A stretch of 64,000 nt of DNA from Centroscyllium fabricii (Eukaryota): contig JBNRSN020000003.1 in the NCBI GenBank assembly GCA_051313645.2, positions 19,344,001 through 19,408,000 of the forward strand. Direction: 5' to 3'. The notes under the pieces are model-generated. The model did not search any database and was not told where the DNA came from. It saw only the letters and a list, made by a program, of their open reading frames with translations. A program made the position numbers and the translations under genes. Shown piece after piece: positions 61,958 to 64,000 of this stretch (the first letter of the stretch is position 1; every line of letters begins with the position of its first letter).

Positions 61958-62272
61958 CAGGTCCGGCACCGTTAATCCGGAAACTTCAGTCGTCTGGCAC
62001 TAATCCGGGCTTCTCCCCGACTGGTCTGCGCATGCGCAAAATGGCCGCCGCGCTTGGCTGCGCATACCCGGGCCTCTCCCTGACTGGTCTGCGCATGCAA
62101 ATATGAACTGATGTACTCTGAGGAAATCGATGGCAAAGAGGTATGATGACTTGCGCGGCTGCCATTTTGAATGGTCTGCGCATGCGCTCGCCGAAGCTTC
62201 AGTCGTTGGGATTTTTCACTAGTCCGGCACCGGCCTGGTCCCGCCGTTGCCGGATTAACGGTGTCGGGCCTG
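61958..62272. mobile_element. TA-flanked MITE, family T1
   Basis: TIR CAGGTCCGGCACCGTTAATCCGG / CCGGATTAACGGTGTCGGGCCTG. Confidence 0.9.
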
Positions 62273-62656
62273 TACTTGAAATACACAAGTGTTCAGCTTC
62301 TTGTTGAATTCATCCTCTGGTGCGGTGCTTCACCTTGCATTCACATGTTCGACTTATGTTCGAGGTTTCTTTTGACGCAAGAGCTATTTTCCTTCAATGC
62401 TTGGCCAAAAAAAAGCGTCTTTGTATCAGAGGTTTTCAGTTTCAGCATTTAAGCTTGGGTTTACAGTACCAACGATCAGCGTGAGGTACAGATTTAGACC
62501 AGTTCCTTGACTAATTATTACATTATGTATGATTTTCTTTGAAGCATCGACACAGGTGGAACTCGGTGCAACGCAGGAAATCAATACATCCTCATATCTG
62601 AGCCAAATGTGTAAATGAAATCTGAACAAAACTTCCCTCCTTAACCTATATATTTT

Positions 62657-62860
62657 AATGAAGTGGAGGTGCCGGTGTTGGACTGGGGTGGACAAATGTA
62701 AGACGTCACACAACACCAGGTTTTCGTCCAGTTTTATTTGAAATCACAAGCTTTCGGAGCGTTGCTCCTTCGTCAGGTGACGAAGGAGCAACGCTCCGAA
62801 AGCTTGTGATTTCAAATAAAACTGTTGGACTATAACCTGGTGTTGTGTGACTTCTTACAT
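62657..62860. mobile_element. Inverted Penelope pseudo-LTR pair
   Basis: Palindrome 62696-62860 centred at ~62776. Confidence 0.88.
62745..62779 (-). ncRNA. Minimal hammerhead ribozyme motif
   Basis: cac-CTGACGA-a-ggagc-aac-gctcc-GAAA-gctt-gtg. Confidence 0.75.
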
Positions 62861-63362
62861 CAATATATTCTAAATAAACTATGCACACACGTGCAGAATA
62901 ATCCAGTCCTTGTGAGGCAACCACTTCCCATTTTTCTGCAATGGGGAATTCACGAGGATGGTTCCATAATCCAAGAATAATATGCAACATTATGAAGCCA
63001 TAAATCAGGCACTCACGATGGACAACCTTAATATGGTTAATCTATTTACATTTGTAGAACTATTCTAATGTAACTGTATTTGGTACAACCCGCACGTAGC
63101 TTTAAATAATTTAAATAATTGGCAGAATTTGTAGTTGGAAAGTAGCACGACATTATTGGCAAACTCAAAATCAATTTATAACTAGTCATCCCTGAAACAC
63201 ACGGTAGTTTAAGTATTCTTTCTGTATTGGTCGGTCAAACCTGTAGCACAAAAGATAAGATCCGGCTGTAAAACCCAGGAATGATGCTCTCTGCCGTGCT
63301 ATGCAAAGACGCTTTGGTACGACTTTTCCATTTCTGTTGCGGTCTGGTGACTGCGATCTGCA

Positions 63363-63658
63363 TGTTCCTGGGACTAGCCCTGTTCCTGGGACTAGGGACA
63401 GGGTCACTGGCAAGGCTTGGAAGCTAAGCAGAGCCAGGCCTGGTTAGTACTTGGAAGGGTGACCACCAGGGAATGCCAGGTGCAGAAGGTCACGAAAGGA
63501 GCCCCGGGGAGGGGCGGTTGGCTGAAGATTGTCGGAATGATGGAAAGATGGAATGGCGGCGCGCACAGACGCAGCGGCTTTGCTGGACTCTTGGGAGCTT
63601 GCAAGATCACATTTCGTTGTTCATGTACTTGTACATTGTATAATGACAATAAAGTTAA

Positions 63659-63689
<31 letters not shown>
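63363..63689 (+). mobile_element. 5S rRNA-derived SINE with Rex1-type tail, copy 2
   Basis: Near-identical to 31649-31946; 15-bp duplication of the head; (TTA)n tail. Confidence 0.88.
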
Positions 63690-63690
<1 letters not shown>

Positions 63691-63801
63691 AACTCTCCTT
63701 CCTTCGTTCCAGCTGCTTGGATCCAGTCTTTGCCTCGCCCCATCGGCGATGGTTCCAGGTTGGGAACCTGGAGGCGCGCGAATCTTGAATTGGATCTGGT
63801 A

Positions 63802-64000
63802 CAGGTCCGACACCGTTAATCCGGCACGGTCGGGACCAGGACGGTGCCGGATCTGTGAAAAAATCCGAACAATTGACCCGCAAACGCCGGCGGCCATTTT
63901 GAGTGGTCTGCGCATGCGCTCGCCGAAGCATCAATCGTTCGGGGAAGAGGCCCGGGCATGCGCAGCCAAGCGTGGCGGCCACATTGCGCATGAGCAGACC
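63802..64000. mobile_element. TA-flanked MITE, family T1, truncated by the window end
   Basis: TA-CAGGTCCGACACCGTTAATCCGGCA. Confidence 0.85.

Overview
Eukaryotic, repeat-saturated DNA, almost certainly from an elasmobranch (shark or ray): HE1-type V-SINEs and SacSINE1-like DeuSINEs are abundant. I could not identify any host protein-coding gene; the window looks intronic or intergenic, with only weak orphan exon candidates. Most long ORFs are transposon-derived: many CR1-clade LINE fragments (one with the ORF1 esterase), Rex1/Babar LINEs, a Zenon-like CR1, Penelope-like elements with GIY-YIG endonuclease and minimal hammerhead ribozymes, a full-length CsRn1-clade Ty3/Gypsy element (56945-61416), a solo LTR, and many MITEs (TA-flanked Tigger/pogo-like, hAT, Harbinger-like). 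Most interesting signals: (1) a two-copy 5S rRNA-derived SINE whose body and tail appear to come from a bipartite Rex1 element; (2) Penelope hammerheads, including a U3-A8 core covariant and a head-to-head palindrome; (3) MITE families packed with NRF1-like TGCGCATGCGCA and YY1-like AAAATGGC motifs; (4) a ~120-nt multibranch RNA-structure cassette that appears in several CR1 3' ends with different tails. Family names come from recalled consensus features, not from database searches.
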